A stretch of 64,000 nucleotides of DNA from Stylophora pistillata (GCF_002571385.2 NW_019218148.1:10226-74225), one strand, 5' to 3'. Counted from the first letter of the stretch, positions 25,201-38,054 are shown. Numbers and translations are program-made. The notes: generated by a model not told the origin, from the letters alone.

Positions 25201-27888
25201 CCAATCAGAGGTGATTGCAGTAATCGGTGGAATTCAGTATCCAGGAGGTGGAACGAAGATTGGTAAAGCTCTCTTAAAAGCTAAGGAAGCTCTCTTTGAT
25301 GCCAGTGCACGGTCCGGTGTACCCAACATTGCTTGTGTTTTAGCTGGCAGTAAGTCAACTGATGGAATTTCTGCTCCTGCTCAGAAGCTCAGAGATTCAG
25401 GAGTCACTGTCATCAGCATAGGAATGGGTACGAAGTACTGTAGTAAACAGCTAGGGGAGATAGCTACCGACCCAAATTCGCAGCACATGTTTAAAACGGA
25501 GTTCGACGCGCTGTGGTCCCTGGTGGGTTCTGTCGCAGACACTTGTTGTAAAGGTAAGTCTTTCGTTTAGTTTGATCATCATTCTTTGTAACTGTTTAAA
25601 GTAAATGATTTCATATATACAGCTTCAGTTTAAAGTCAATCTCTGTATACACGTCTTCTCGTGTCACTGTTAGGACTTCAACGGAGCGTTAAAACAGTGT
25701 TTCTTTGGCGCATTATTTGTCGACATCAATCTAGCCCCAGCCTACAAAGTTTCTCAGATGTTCAAGCTGGTTTCAGGCTTTCATTATCAAAGCTGAGGTT
25801 TTTAAATTATTAGGCCATTGACCTAAAAACGCAGCCGTGCTCGAAGCCAAGGCTGCCACTTCTTTATAGGAATCGGACATGACTTACGAAAAGATTTACT
25901 AAAGTATTTGTTTTCTTCGCGACTTGCATTTTAGACTTTTTCCAATTAACAAGCGATTCTCCCGACACCCGTATAATTTCACTTTGCATTACAATAACAG
26001 AAATAATGATTGTCGATTTTATCCCTCAGCCGCGGGCGGATCATTTCAGGCCTCACGTAAGTGAAAGTAGAACAAAGTCCCGATTTATTAGTAAACATTG
26101 ATAGTCAAAATTAAGCTGGCTTTGGAAGTTGAGATACAACATCTCTCAATAACAGATAGGTGGGTGACAAGGCAAGAACTTTGACCCCTATAGATCAAAA
26201 GGACATCATCAATAAGGCTACTTGTTGTAAATTTCCATGAATCATCTTGATATTTATAATATGACGTTTAAACAATGTAATTTCTGGTGCATTCTTTTAA
26301 GATTCTAGCGAAACAAACTTTTTGTTGTAATAATGAAAAAAAAAAAGATTTTAAAATATGACCCAAGAAAGATCCTTCGCTAGCCTAACCGTTTCATTGT
26401 ACTTCAAGTATGTCGTTGTTGCTGAATGTAGGAAGGAATTCAGTCAGAAACTTTCAACCAATTACGTTAACCATTCCAATGGAACACAGTCCCGACATTT
26501 GTTTTCTTTTCTTTAAACCCTCATGGGAACAGTAGGCGGAGGAAGCAGTTCTTTCGGAGGGGGTAGCTACTCACAAGGTGTAAACGGTGGATCAACCACA
26601 GGAGGCTCCAGTGTGATTACAGGTGGAGGAAGTAGCTCTACTGGAGGGGGAAGCTCCTCACAAGGTGTAAGTGGCGGATTAACCACAAGAGGTTCCAGTG
26701 TGATTACAGGTGGGGGAAGTAGCACTACTGGAGGAAGTTCCTCAATGTCAGTGACGGGTGGAAGTATTGGTTCTACTGTAGGTGGGGGCTCCTCGATATC
26801 AATTAAAGGTGGAGGTAGCACTTCTAGTTCAGGAGCTAGTTCTTCGAGAATAATGACCATTAAAGGTGGAAGCTCAAGCTCGGGGAGCCAAGTTGTCGCA
26901 AGTGGAAAGAGGCTGGTAAAAATTGGAAAAGTTGTTCTGACGCCGAAACAAGGAGACCCTGTCGACGTCACAGACGTATGGGGTACGGAAGATAATCTTG
27001 TTAAAGATGTTATTTCCGGTAGCACTTCAGGTAAGCTTTCAAATCAAAGAGAGTATTTTGAAGGCTCTGACCCTGGCAGTGTCCGTGATGTCTTTTTGAC
27101 CACCTACCTGGTTGAAAAATTTGGTAACTGAGCGGTGATATGATTGAAAACATTCCGGCAAATGGAGTTTTTCATTCTAGATGCTTTAATATGTAACACT
27201 TGAATTATACTCTTTATCTATCTCGTTTACTTTAGCTAAAGTGCGACCAGTAGCGCTGTTCCCATTAAACGAGAGGTACGAAGCAAGAGATGTAATTGGT
27301 GGAAACCTTGCTGGCGTAAAAAGTTACGTCAAAACTGCTCAAGGGCCTTATAAGAAGGAAGGTGGCTCTCTGTCATTTCTTGGAACACCAGACAGCTTTA
27401 TTGAGTTTCCAAACAATGGTAAACTAGATACAAAGGATTCTTTATCAATACTGGCCTGGATATATCCTGAAAAGGCTGGACCAATCTTCAACTTTAGGCG
27501 GGACGGGTGGGGAACAAATCTGTGGTTAGCACAACCGAGAAAGCTATTTGCGCACTTTGTTCACAGAGGTAATCGTGAATTAATTCCACCATTACAAAGC
27601 ACTAAGGTTGCACCAAATCGATGGAATTTTATCGGTGCAACATATGACCACAGAACTGGAGATGCCGGCCTGTGGATTAATGGAAAGTTTGAAGATTTCA
27701 AACACATAGGCCGTATTAGACTGGCTACCAACTATCCGATTAGAATGGGAGCTCGAGTCGGAGATAAAAGAAATTATCGCGGTCGCATCGCCTGTTTACA
27801 AATTTATGACAAAAGTCTTACTTCAAAGCAGATTGATAATGCAAAGAATAGCTGCAAATTTTATATCAGGCAACAGAAAAGAAATTAA
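19280..27888 (+). CDS. Second vWA/Gly-Ser/LamG exon cassette (3x vWA, GS-rich exons, LamG-like terminal exon); an alternative 3' half of the upstream gene or a 5'-less tandem duplicate
   Basis: Exons 19280-19455 + 19870-20251 (vWA4), ~20757-20807 linker, 21071-21426 + 21782-21974 (vWA5), ~22529-22563, small GS exons ~23.27-24.02 kb, 24311-24486 + 25172-25553 (vWA6), ~26030-26056, ~26535-27030 (GS), 27236-27888 (LamG-like). Frames are open and paralogous to exons at 9.8-17.1 kb. AATAAA at 28221. Confidence 0.78.
24841..25126. mobile_element. Non-autonomous DNA transposon (MITE) with 5-bp TSD
   Basis: Termini CCATGGCGGATCCAGG / CCTGGATCCGCCTCTG; TATTG on both sides (24836-24840 and 25127-25131). 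Confidence 0.8.
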
Positions 27889-29323
27889 TATATCGTATGA
27901 CCCTCATTGCCCAACACGCGGCCGGTTTTACTGGAAAACATGAGACACAAATCCCAGTAGGAGGGCCGCACTCGATGGCGTTAATAGGTTCGGAAAAGCC
28001 GTGTAGTCCCACGAGAGGCAAGGTAAAAGAAGACAGAGCGGTGCACATGTGATAAAATGCTGTTTGGTTCAGTTCACGCTTATTCCGTACCTCACGATTG
28101 AGAGCCCAATACTTTCCTGCCCGGCACTTCCCCTCACTTTTAAGCACACAGACATTGTAACATAGTTAATTCATGTAATGACCACGTTTATATTACTTTT
28201 CCTTGTACCAGTCTTAAAGAAATAAAATGTAAAGGTTTGCTAATACCTACTTCTACTTATCTCACTCAAACGTTTTGACGAAGTCGATTCAGTTTGAAAA
28301 GTCGGTCTCCTCTGAATATCTTCAAAGTAATCAAGCAATGAGCTGACTCCTGGTTTACATTAGGGCTCGTAGGAACAGCTTCCCCTACCCAGTGTTAAAG
28401 CGACACTTTACTGACGTCAAGTTTCGTGAGTGCACCCATTAATTCAATAGTTAATAATTAATAATAATTAATAATAATTAATTCAATAGTTCTTATTCGC
28501 TTCGAATCTTATGGGACAGGAGACCTAGAATAAGTCATAGCTAAGAGCCTAAGAACAGACAGGACACCTCACCCACCATAAACGACGACCACTGTGATTA
28601 AGATGAGGTAGTAGAATTTAAAGTTTGATCATTTGTCAATCCTGTCGAATCTTCGCTAACAGCCGTCTTCAAGAAACTATCATTTATCAGTTCAAGGAAT
28701 CATTTGTTAAATTAAAGGACAATACATTGGAGGAGGGAAGCTCAAAGTGTTAACCCTTTTGATCCATGGACTAGCATCTAATTTCTCCTAAAATATCTCC
28801 ACCAAGTCACGAGAATAAAGGAAATAACAAATTCTCCTTGTCAACAGCTTGGAAAATGTATAGAGAACAGAATGGAGAATATGCATACTGATGACATGAC
28901 AGGGCGTACAAGAGTCAATTGATACAACTGACGTTGCACAAGGACAGATTCCACGTGACTAACACTCCTAATCACTTAAGCTGGTTTTGGCTAAGAGACA
29001 AATTTAAGACAACAACCTCGAGGTGCAGACGGCGTAGTCAGGGTTACAATTAGTGCCTGTGCAACCACTGTATAGAGAGCTCTTTATAAGCTGATTCGGT
29101 CACTTTGCAGATACACGTGAAAGACGTTTTAGGCTATTTTAGGGGATCACTTTTTTCTTGAAGATGACGAGTCAGAAAGATTTCGCATTTAAGTAAATCC
29201 TGATTTTCTTTCCCAAAAAGGCCAGAATAATTCCATGGCTATTATATATCTACAAGCCCCATGTCCCATTATTTTCGATGAAGCCTAGAAAATTATAGAA
29301 CTTTTTATTTTATCAATTTCCAG

Positions 29324-29570
29324 GCCGATTTCCCAAACTTTAAGAAAACTTTTCCTTTGCTTATTCTTGGTGTATTGGGTGTGGCCGCTGGTGTAACGTC
29401 ATTTTGGTTACCAGAAACCATGACGAGTCAAATGCCACAAACCATTGAACAAGGAGGCCTGGGAAGAAGACTACAAGATCTACTGTTGCAAAAAGCTACA
29501 GATCCCAGCTCCGCATTCGCAAGAAATGGATAAGGAAGAAATTGCAGAAGGGGAAGAAAATACTGTTTAG
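29324..29570 (+). pseudogene. Orphan, frameshifted copy of an SLC22 terminal exon
   Basis: ADFPNFKKTFPLLILGVLGVAAGVTSFWLPETMTSQMPQTIEQ parallels exon 36592-36825. A 2-nt deletion (GAACAAGGAGGCCTGG vs GAACAAGCGGAGGCATGG) shifts the frame. No upstream SLC22 exons were seen. Confidence 0.8.
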
Positions 29571-31225
29571 TGAAGACACAAACAAAGACATTCCTCTCAC
29601 CACCTATTTCTACTTTTAAACGTTTTCTTTTTGAGGAGTATTGAAAGCATTCCTTAGGTAGACTTATCTATTTCAACAAGTTAAGAGTTCAATGTCTGTA
29701 TATCATTTTTATTTAAATTCAACTGACAAATAAGTTTAATTATCAATACAGTGTTTTTACATTTATATAAAATGAACTCTACAAACCATTTGTTTTTAAC
29801 GCCATTTCTCAACTCTCGTGCAATGAATGTCCCTTTTTTAAATTATTTCCACTTGCTGAAAGCAGGGAAACGTGTTGATATTTGTGACTTTATTTGTAAC
29901 ATGCTCTTAAAGCATATTCTAACATATGTAAGTGCCCCTATAGCACGAGTTTCTGTTCATTGTTTGATTTGGATAATAATCTTTAAAGTCACGCTAGGTG
30001 CCTGGCTCGTCACACGCTCCTAAGTGTAATTCAATATATTTGATAAAAGGCCCTTTGATCAGTTTTTGGTAAGCACTCGTGCTCGTAAGGAAAGAAATTA
30101 GTAAAGAAAAGGAAGGAAAGGCTCAATCGATATCAACTCTTGCCAGATCCGGCAATAATGTAAGTTTGATTTACCCGAAGCATTTCTTAATCTATTTGCG
30201 CGTCCCTAATTTCTTAAATCAATTTTTAGTTTCACGGTATAATACAATAATAAAGAAGGAGGCGTTCCCAAAGAAGTTTGGTGCGGTACGTTGTATTTAT
30301 CAGTGGATTTTGTCCGGTCCAGCTAGAGGTGGACAAGCGCCTCCATAACATAAATCACGTAAAGTGTGCGCTCTGATTGGTCAATTTAGTTGTCTACTAT
30401 TTGCCCATGGGTGTACGCTGCTGACGTGAACAAATGTTTCCAAGTATGTATAAAACAAATGGTAAACAGCACAGCATACGCTATTGAGTTATGAATGCAC
30501 TTAATAGGTTTGCTTTGCACCCAAGAAGCTGGAGTCGCTCACAGCTATTGCCTCGAGCGACTCTTACGCTTCTTTCGTACTTAGCAACCTCCCGCGTGCA
30601 TCCATAACTCAAGAGTGTACGCTGTCAGGAGCCCAGAACTTGGAGCGTTCAACTCCCATACTGACCCTTTGTCCCGGCATTTTCCCAGAACGGTTTATTT
30701 TTTAGACTATCTTTTCTCGGGAAATAGGCTGCCCGAGCATAGTCACGAGTCAAGCTACAAGTCAGCTACGCGCTAATCGTGATTGGTCGAAGGGCTTCCG
30801 TGGGGAATCCCATTTCGCGGTAAATTCAAACTTAAATAGACTTGTCTGTGAAAACACCGTGACATAAACAAAGACCAGTTGAACGTTAACGCTCCAAGTA
30901 TTGGGCTTCTGACGCTGTGGTGTTTACCATTTGTTGAATGTATTGGACCGTCAAAAGTGTTGTTGAGAAAGGATGTCGAAATAAACCCATTATAATTGGA
31001 CGTGAGACCACAATCTTTCTCCGGAGCAGCCCTAGTCTCCTTCAATGAGCTTTCTCTTTCTTGCGTTGTGTGACACAGAGAAGGAGACCAGTAAAGCCGT
31101 TGTTTTGACCGACAGCTTGTTGCGTGACCTGGGTGCTGTTTACATTTAGCAAGTCACGTTACAAGCCCATGATTTGAATACATTCCTTTAGATCCCAAGG
31201 TGCAGATACCATTTCGTTGAAGAAG

Positions 31226-34200
31226 ATGGAAATGGATGAAGTAGACAATCCCGAGGATTCAACAGAGCACCGATCTACAAAGGAAAACAAAACCCACGAG
31301 TTCGACGACCTTCTCAAAATAACTGGTGGTTTCGGTCGTTACCAAATGGTCCTTTATGCTTTCATGTGCCTGGTTTCTATTCCAACTGGCGCTCAGCTCT
31401 TAGTTCAGGTGTTTTACGGTGCTTCGCCACCCTTCATCTGCGTTTCAATGGCGGTAAATGACACATGTGCTTCTGGTTGCTGCTCAAGTTGCCATGAATA
31501 CGAATTCAGCGGTCCTTTTACCAGCGCTGTCTCTCAAGTAAGAAATTACCGAGTTTGAGAATGATGTATTGAAACCTAACGAATATATGACTCTGCAAAG
31601 TCGCAAAACTTCACCAATATTTGTTGTTGGGGACACAAACTCAAACCTCATTATATCGACACTATTCACGAAATTTCGGTACATATCGCAGCCATTTTCG
31701 GTTCTGTCCTCGTGTACCGGTTCACAAGAGCCAATACAAAAGACCAAACAATACACAATAGCTAACAATAACTCCGAAACAAAGAAAGAACAATGGTAAT
31801 TCCCTTGTGAACCGGTACACCAGGACAGAACCCCATTTTCCGTCAGTTATGAACAAGTCGATCCCAAACTTGGTAATAGTAACGATTTCGTGGCTTTCTA
31901 AAGCAGTGTCGATGGATTGCCCTAGACTAACCCATGTTAATGGTTGAAAACATCGTGATCTTATCGCTCCGTCATTCTGAGCTTGTTTTATTTCGTCATA
32001 TGCGAGGTAATTTACATAATTAAACGTTTCCTAAGTTTTTCAAGAGAGCGAAAAGTATTAGCATATGCCAGTCGACTGTTCATATTGAACCCAAAATCTC
32101 TTGCTGCAGAACTTTTTGTATGCTTGCAGTCTTTGGAACAGACTAATTAGATGCAGGCAAAGTGCCATTGGCACTGGAAGGTAGTAAACCCAAAATATTT
32201 GTAATGCACTTCAGAAACTTGTGGTAAGAAAATATAAGGTCTCAGTTTTCTTTTCTTTTTTTCGCATAAAACCCTTGGTTGTTTTATTTCAGTGGAATTT
32301 AATCTGTGACCGCCGACACCTGAAGGCGATGACTCAAGCTGTCTTTATGGCTGGTCTGTTCGTTGGTGCAATCACATTTGGTAGCATCTCGGATAACTTT
32401 GGAAGGAAGTTCTCATTCTTTTTGAGCGTTGGAGTCCTGGTAAGTAGCAAGTAGTCGTTTGATGGTACGAAAATATCTATGTCGATTGCAACTAACTTTT
32501 ATTTTCCTTTGTTCCATTATCCGTAGGCTGCCTTCGCTGTGGCGTCAGCTGTCGCCGACTGTCTGTCGTTGTTCTCTCTATTTCGCTTCTTTGCCGGGAC
32601 TGGCACCGTTGGTTGTTTATTGGTGCGGTTCGTGTACTGTGTCGAAATGGTCGTCACCGCTCATCGCTCCTACATAGGCATGGTCAACTTTCTCTTTCTC
32701 AGTGTTGGTGGATGTTTTCTCGCCTTACTTGCTTATTTGATACCAAACTGGCGATACGTCATGCTAGCAGTGTCGTTACCTAGCTTCCTTCCCCTCGTTG
32801 CTTGGTGGTAAGTGGTTTTCAAGGTCGATGATTGATTTTTTTGATAGCTAGCTAACGAAACTTAATCCAATCCAACAAGAAAGGAAGACGCGTGTGCGGT
32901 CATCAAACTTGACCTTGTGTCTCTTTTTTTAACAACCTGCTCCCAAGCATGAGTTCAGTATAGAATGTGATGACCTTACTCATTGTCCGGGGGTGGAGGA
33001 TTTGTTTCTTTTTTTGTTTTGTTTTTTTTTGGGGGGGGGAAGTCACATGGTTTTCAAGGAGAACGGAGGGGGTGTCAGTCGTCACCAACAGAGTATATAG
33101 GGGGGACTATAGAATATTGACTGCCAATTGACTTTCAACAAGGGAGGGTGTCATAAGAAAATTACAGAGCCTTATGCGGGGGTCAGCCTGGGTAAATCTT
33201 CACCCCCCCCATATCCAGGCGATAAACGATGAGTGGTCCCTAAGTTAAGTGGTTTTCCGAACAAGGTCGATCATTTTTTTATGATCCAGTCCAACGAGAG
33301 AGGAAGGCCACACGTGCAGTCTTTGAACTTGACCTTGTTTCTTAACCTTTCCCCAAAGGGCACGAGCTCTTTTCTCGTCAGTCTGCTTCAGTATTAAGAG
33401 AAATCAGGGAAGCCTGATTACAAAAAGGATTTCAGTGGAATCAGCTCGGTCGAATAGGGAAATGACAATAGTCATAGGTGTGCGTCTCCAGTCCTTTAAA
33501 CATGATGTTTCTTTTGGTTGTTTTTGAGGTGGATACCTCGCTCTCCCCGGTGGCTGATTGCCAATAACCACCTTGACGAGGCTCACGATGTGTTGATGAA
33601 ATACGCTAAGTACAACCACGTCATTGTAGATTCTAAACAGTTAAAACACGTGATTCAAGAAGTCAGAAAGAACGATGCAAGAAAGTTTGAAGACGAGAAA
33701 TACGGAATTCTTGACACGGTGAAAACTCCCAAGTTACGGAAACGAACTTTAATTATGTTTTTCAACTGGTGAGAATAAAAATAAAGGAATAAAACAGTGA
33801 AGGGACATGAAAGTAAAATCAGTCTTTCTTCTAACAGCTTGCAATCGCATGGCACTTTTGAGAAAGTTAAAATATTTTTTAGACAATGTTTGTTGAAAAA
33901 ACTACAACATGTGACTTTATTTCTTCAAACAACAATCCTTGTTTCTTCCAAGTTGATATTCCCATATTAATATGATTGGGATATGAGCGAATACCCCACT
34001 CCTCGCGTTTTTACAATGCCAACAAAGGTTACTCCTTTCCATGTCTTTACTCATAAATGGGACTTTTGTCTTGTAGGTGTGTAAACGCCCTGGTTTTCTA
34101 CGGCATCAACTACAACATTAGGAATCTGGCTGGAAATATGTACCTGAACTTTTTTCTTCTCCTTGTGGTAGACTTTCCATCCACTGCACTATGCTGTTAT

Positions 34201-36825
34201 TGCTTACAAAGGTATACGAAACCACCTAGGACCAACTTTGCCCTTTCTGAACATATGGGAAAATACAGTTTTTCCCTCATAAGCTCTGTGGTTATTACAA
34301 TAGAACGACTACTAATAATAACTGGGAACTTTCTTTACTCGAATTATTTTCTCTCTTCCCATTCTGAATGTTTGACCGGAGTCATAATAGTTATTGTTGT
34401 AAATTGATCTAAATGATAAACGCGAACATCAGTTCCTGACTCTAAGATCACGCGACCTTATGAAGCGATCATTGATCATGAACTGTCTTTTGATACATTT
34501 CTTCTGACCCAGGTTTGGTCGACGTTTGACGTACTCTTCGTACATGACGCTTGCTGGGGTGTCCTGCCTGTTGGCTCTGGCATTACCAAGCGGTAAAGGT
34601 TCGTTATGATACTTAAATTTCTCGAGCAGGGATCCACAGGTTGTTACGACAACAGTAATTGCTTTTGGCGTACATCACGCAAGCGATTACTCACACGGAA
34701 AATCGATTTGGAGATGCGCTGGCCTGATGGTTTGTGCTCTCAAACGACTCCGGAAATCGGTAGAAATGTTGGAAGGGGGGTGGAGGTAGTCCATCTTAGT
34801 CCCCTGTTTTCTTTAGAATAGTCTGATTTTGTAGATGTTTGTCTTACCATTCTGAAATAACCAACGACTGAAATGCAATTTTCAAGCCTACTGTCGGCAC
34901 TTCATGATAAAGGATCAGATTAATTTGAGGAAAGCCCTTTGCGTCCATGTTATCTCTTATCAAATTTTACACCAGGTAATCATGATACTATTTGGGGCGA
35001 TATGCTAAAATAGTGTTACTGTGGGCTCCGGCCATGTGATGTAAATACTGAAGGTATTACATGCAGTGTGAGGGCTGTGGCAGTTGTTTGCGAGTGTATG
35101 TTAACGTGTTGCATGTAATCATCTTATTTCTAGTTTCTCTGTGAAGGATCATTGTAAACATTTAACTTCAAAGTAGTGAGGATGTCGTATTCTTCTTATT
35201 TGCCAGAATACCAAGTTGCCGTCATCGTCCTTGTGATGTTCGCAAAATTTTTCGTCGTTTCCACGTTCAAGTCTGTGTATCTATACACAGCGGAGCTGTA
35301 TCCGACAGTGATAAGGTATGACATTTGATTTAACAATAGTTCCATTGTCGAGCGCAGGTTGAATGCGAGACCATGTGTAAGGTGACAGAGTTAAGCAGAG
35401 GCAACAATATGTGAAATGAGATAGAAACAGTGTACAAGGTATGAACACATTGGTAAGGTCATTTGTGTGGTATGCTTTTTCAGATAATTTCAATTTGGCA
35501 TAACTGGCATATTAATGATAACAATGATGATAATTCTAACGATGATGATTATAATAATGAAAACAATCACAATAATGATATCCACAGAGACAAAGATGAT
35601 GATGGTGACGATGATAAATATAAATGAATAAAGGCTGATAGTTTCGAAAGAAACTGTTTGGGGCTGCGTCGGTGGGAGTAACGAAATAATTTGGATATAT
35701 CAACAAAGTTGAAATGGTAAATTGGCCACCGTAACGATTACAAAAGCTGACGTTTCGAGCGTTAGCCCTTCGTCGGAGCGAATAGAGGAATTGTGGGTTG
35801 TGTGTGCTTTTAAAGGCAGAAAATGGAGCTACGTTATTGGTGGGAACATGACNCAGGGTAACCACGTTTATCGAAAAAATGGCACATTGACTCTGATTTG
35901 TGGTGGAAATCAGAGTCATCACTACATAAACGACGAAGTCTTAGAAACTGAGAAAAAGGAATGGAATTGTTAACCGTGAGATGGATGCGAAGACGAATAT
36001 AACAAGTAATTATGCGAGTCTGTAGGTTTGTAATATACACTAGTGCACAAACCGTTACCTTCAATTGAAACTCTGATGTCTGAAAAGGATAAATAATTTT
36101 CAGAAATTTCCCAGGTATGATAATGTTATTTATTGCTTTTCTTGTACAGAAACAATGGCGTTGGACTGTGTTCGATGATTGCCAGGATTGGTGGAATAGT
36201 TGCTCCATATATCGTTTTGCTGGTAATGTTTCTTATTTTATTGTTAAACTTCAAGGAATTCGTTCTTTGCAGAGGTAGCTTTCACCAATTTTAGTGCGTG
36301 CATGTCAATTGTTGAAAATCTATCTTTAGTATATAACATACAGTGAATAGTGCTTTAGGCGCGCGCTGATTGGTTAGCTAAGAGCGGTTAATATTCACCT
36401 CCCAACAGTCAAAGAGACCAAACGGCGCGCCGAGTGTTGTTAAAATCTCCGTCCATTTTTAGGTATATTGCCAAAAATAAACTTGTGTGGTATAGTATAA
36501 AATTAAACAAATATTCATCACACCGATGGTGGATAACTGTGAAGTGTAACTAAAATGTCTATAAATCAAGTTTTTCCTCTTTGATTTTAAGGCTGACCTT
36601 CCCAATCTGAGAAAAACTTTCCCCTTGTTGATATTTGGAGCCTTGTCTGTGGCTTCTGGTTTAATGGCATTCTGGTTACCAGAAACTGTAACAAGTGAAA
36701 TGCCACAGACCGTGGAACAAGCGGAGGCATGGAAAGAGGATTACAAGATTTACTGCTGTCGAAGGCCGAGAATCCAGGCTCCTCCCGGGCAAGTGGTGAA
36801 AGATGAAGATACAGCATTGGCGTAG
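31226..36825 (+). CDS. SLC22-family organic cation/carnitine transporter-like protein, apparently complete
   Basis: Exons ~31226-31537 (FDDLLKITGGFGRYQ), 32293-32439 (WNLICDR...SDNFGRK), ~32527-32807, ~33529-33768 (IPRSPRWL), ~34077-34211, ~34513-34598 (FGRR), ~35207-35315 (YTAELYPTVIR), ~36150-36222 (ARIGGIVAP), 36592-36825 (LPET). Confidence 0.92.
31700..31832. mobile_element. 133-bp MITE with GG...CC termini and 8-bp TSD (Merlin-like signature)
   Basis: TIRs GGTTCTGTCCTCGTGTACCGGTTCACAAG / CTTGTGAACCGGTACACCAGGACAGAACC; CCATTTTC duplicated at 31692-31699 and 31833-31840. Confidence 0.85.
32970..33243. mobile_element. MITE-like repeat, same family as 51012-51250
   Basis: Shared CAACAGAGTATA...ACTATAGAA.ATTGAC.GCCAA...TCATAAGAA...GCCTTATG and CCAGGCGATAAA...GGTCCC end. 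Confidence 0.65.
35640..35990 (-). mobile_element. Penelope-like/retrozyme terminal fragment with a hammerhead motif at 35746-35779
   Basis: Reverse strand GCT-CCGACGA-A-GGGC-TAAC-GCTC-GAAAC-GTC-AGC; the downstream ~130 nt match the copy at 38560-38720. Confidence 0.7.
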
Positions 36826-38054
36826 TTCATTGTGTAAATGGAGAAAGCTAAACAACATTATGTACCATGTTACTAACACAAACTGTTGGCAGTTAGTGGT
36901 CTCACACAGCCACAACTCATGCCTTGCATTTGTTATTCCAGTAATTTGTCACTTTTAATCCTCCTCGTGTTCAAAGAGACAACAATTTAGTATTTTCTTA
37001 CGTTTAAGATTTGATGTAAATGTCGCCTAATTACGAGAGACCTTCGATAAAAATTAAGTTGACGCTTTAACAAGACTGTCTTGTCGAACTACATTAATGA
37101 CGCGATGTGACTTTCTCCTGACGACTCCCTGAAATTGTCTTAAGCGTAAATGTAATCAACTTGAATAAAAACATGTACTTAGAAGTGTTGGAGCGGAAAA
37201 TTATCAGTAATAACATGGTACCGGTCGATATCACCAGTCCAGACAGGATTTATTTTACATGCACCAGTGAACATTTTTTGCCTCGACACTGGGATGGTGT
37301 GATTTCCATTTTCAACTCTTCCGAAATAAAACATTTTTACTTGATATGATCGTTTCATAGTAAAGATTACCTTAGAAGACAGTCAGTCAATCCCTACGAT
37401 AGTACATCAGTAACTGGCGAATTACTTTTCATTTCGGGCGTACTGCGCCTACTGAAGCTTACCAAATCCTGAATTTGACATTGCATTATTCACCAAACCT
37501 ATTCGGGTCAGTGAATTGTGATGTCAGTTCAAAGAAATTCCACATCGTTACAGAGCGGTAAAGCTTTCGCTAAGTTTCTGCCGACCTTTCCCGTTTGAAA
37601 ATATTACTTCTGTTTCTAATATTTTGTTTTAACGAGTCGCTAATTGGAGGAAAGGATGTGCGATTCAACACCTGTTTTGCCACCATAAAAAGGTAATGTG
37701 TACTTCAAAACAATCGACTGTACACTCTCCAGGTTAAATTTAGAAAGCTAGGAAAGATTAACTGCTACGTTATTTTATTAACCAGATGAAACCTAAATTT
37801 AAATTGATCTCCCATTGCAAACATCGAGATTTTAACTTGGCTTCCGTGAAAGGATGACAAATTCTGCTTAGTTGTTAAAACCGCCATGCTGTCATTTCAC
37901 CTGTTCGTGTTGTTTAAATATAGTGAATTAGTTTATCCCAGATTTAGATAAGTTTCATTTTGTAGATACCCCTGCCTTAAGGCGGAATTCACTTTGAATT
38001 ATTTTTCTCTTGATAGATGGGGAATGCCTCTTTTTGGTAGCTTAGGAGCTGAAA

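Noticed and set aside
28441-28492. AT-rich microsatellite-like tracts (also 35515-35615 and the GTGCAGGGC repeats at 38472-38510)
   Set aside because: Ordinary simple repeats with no sign of function.
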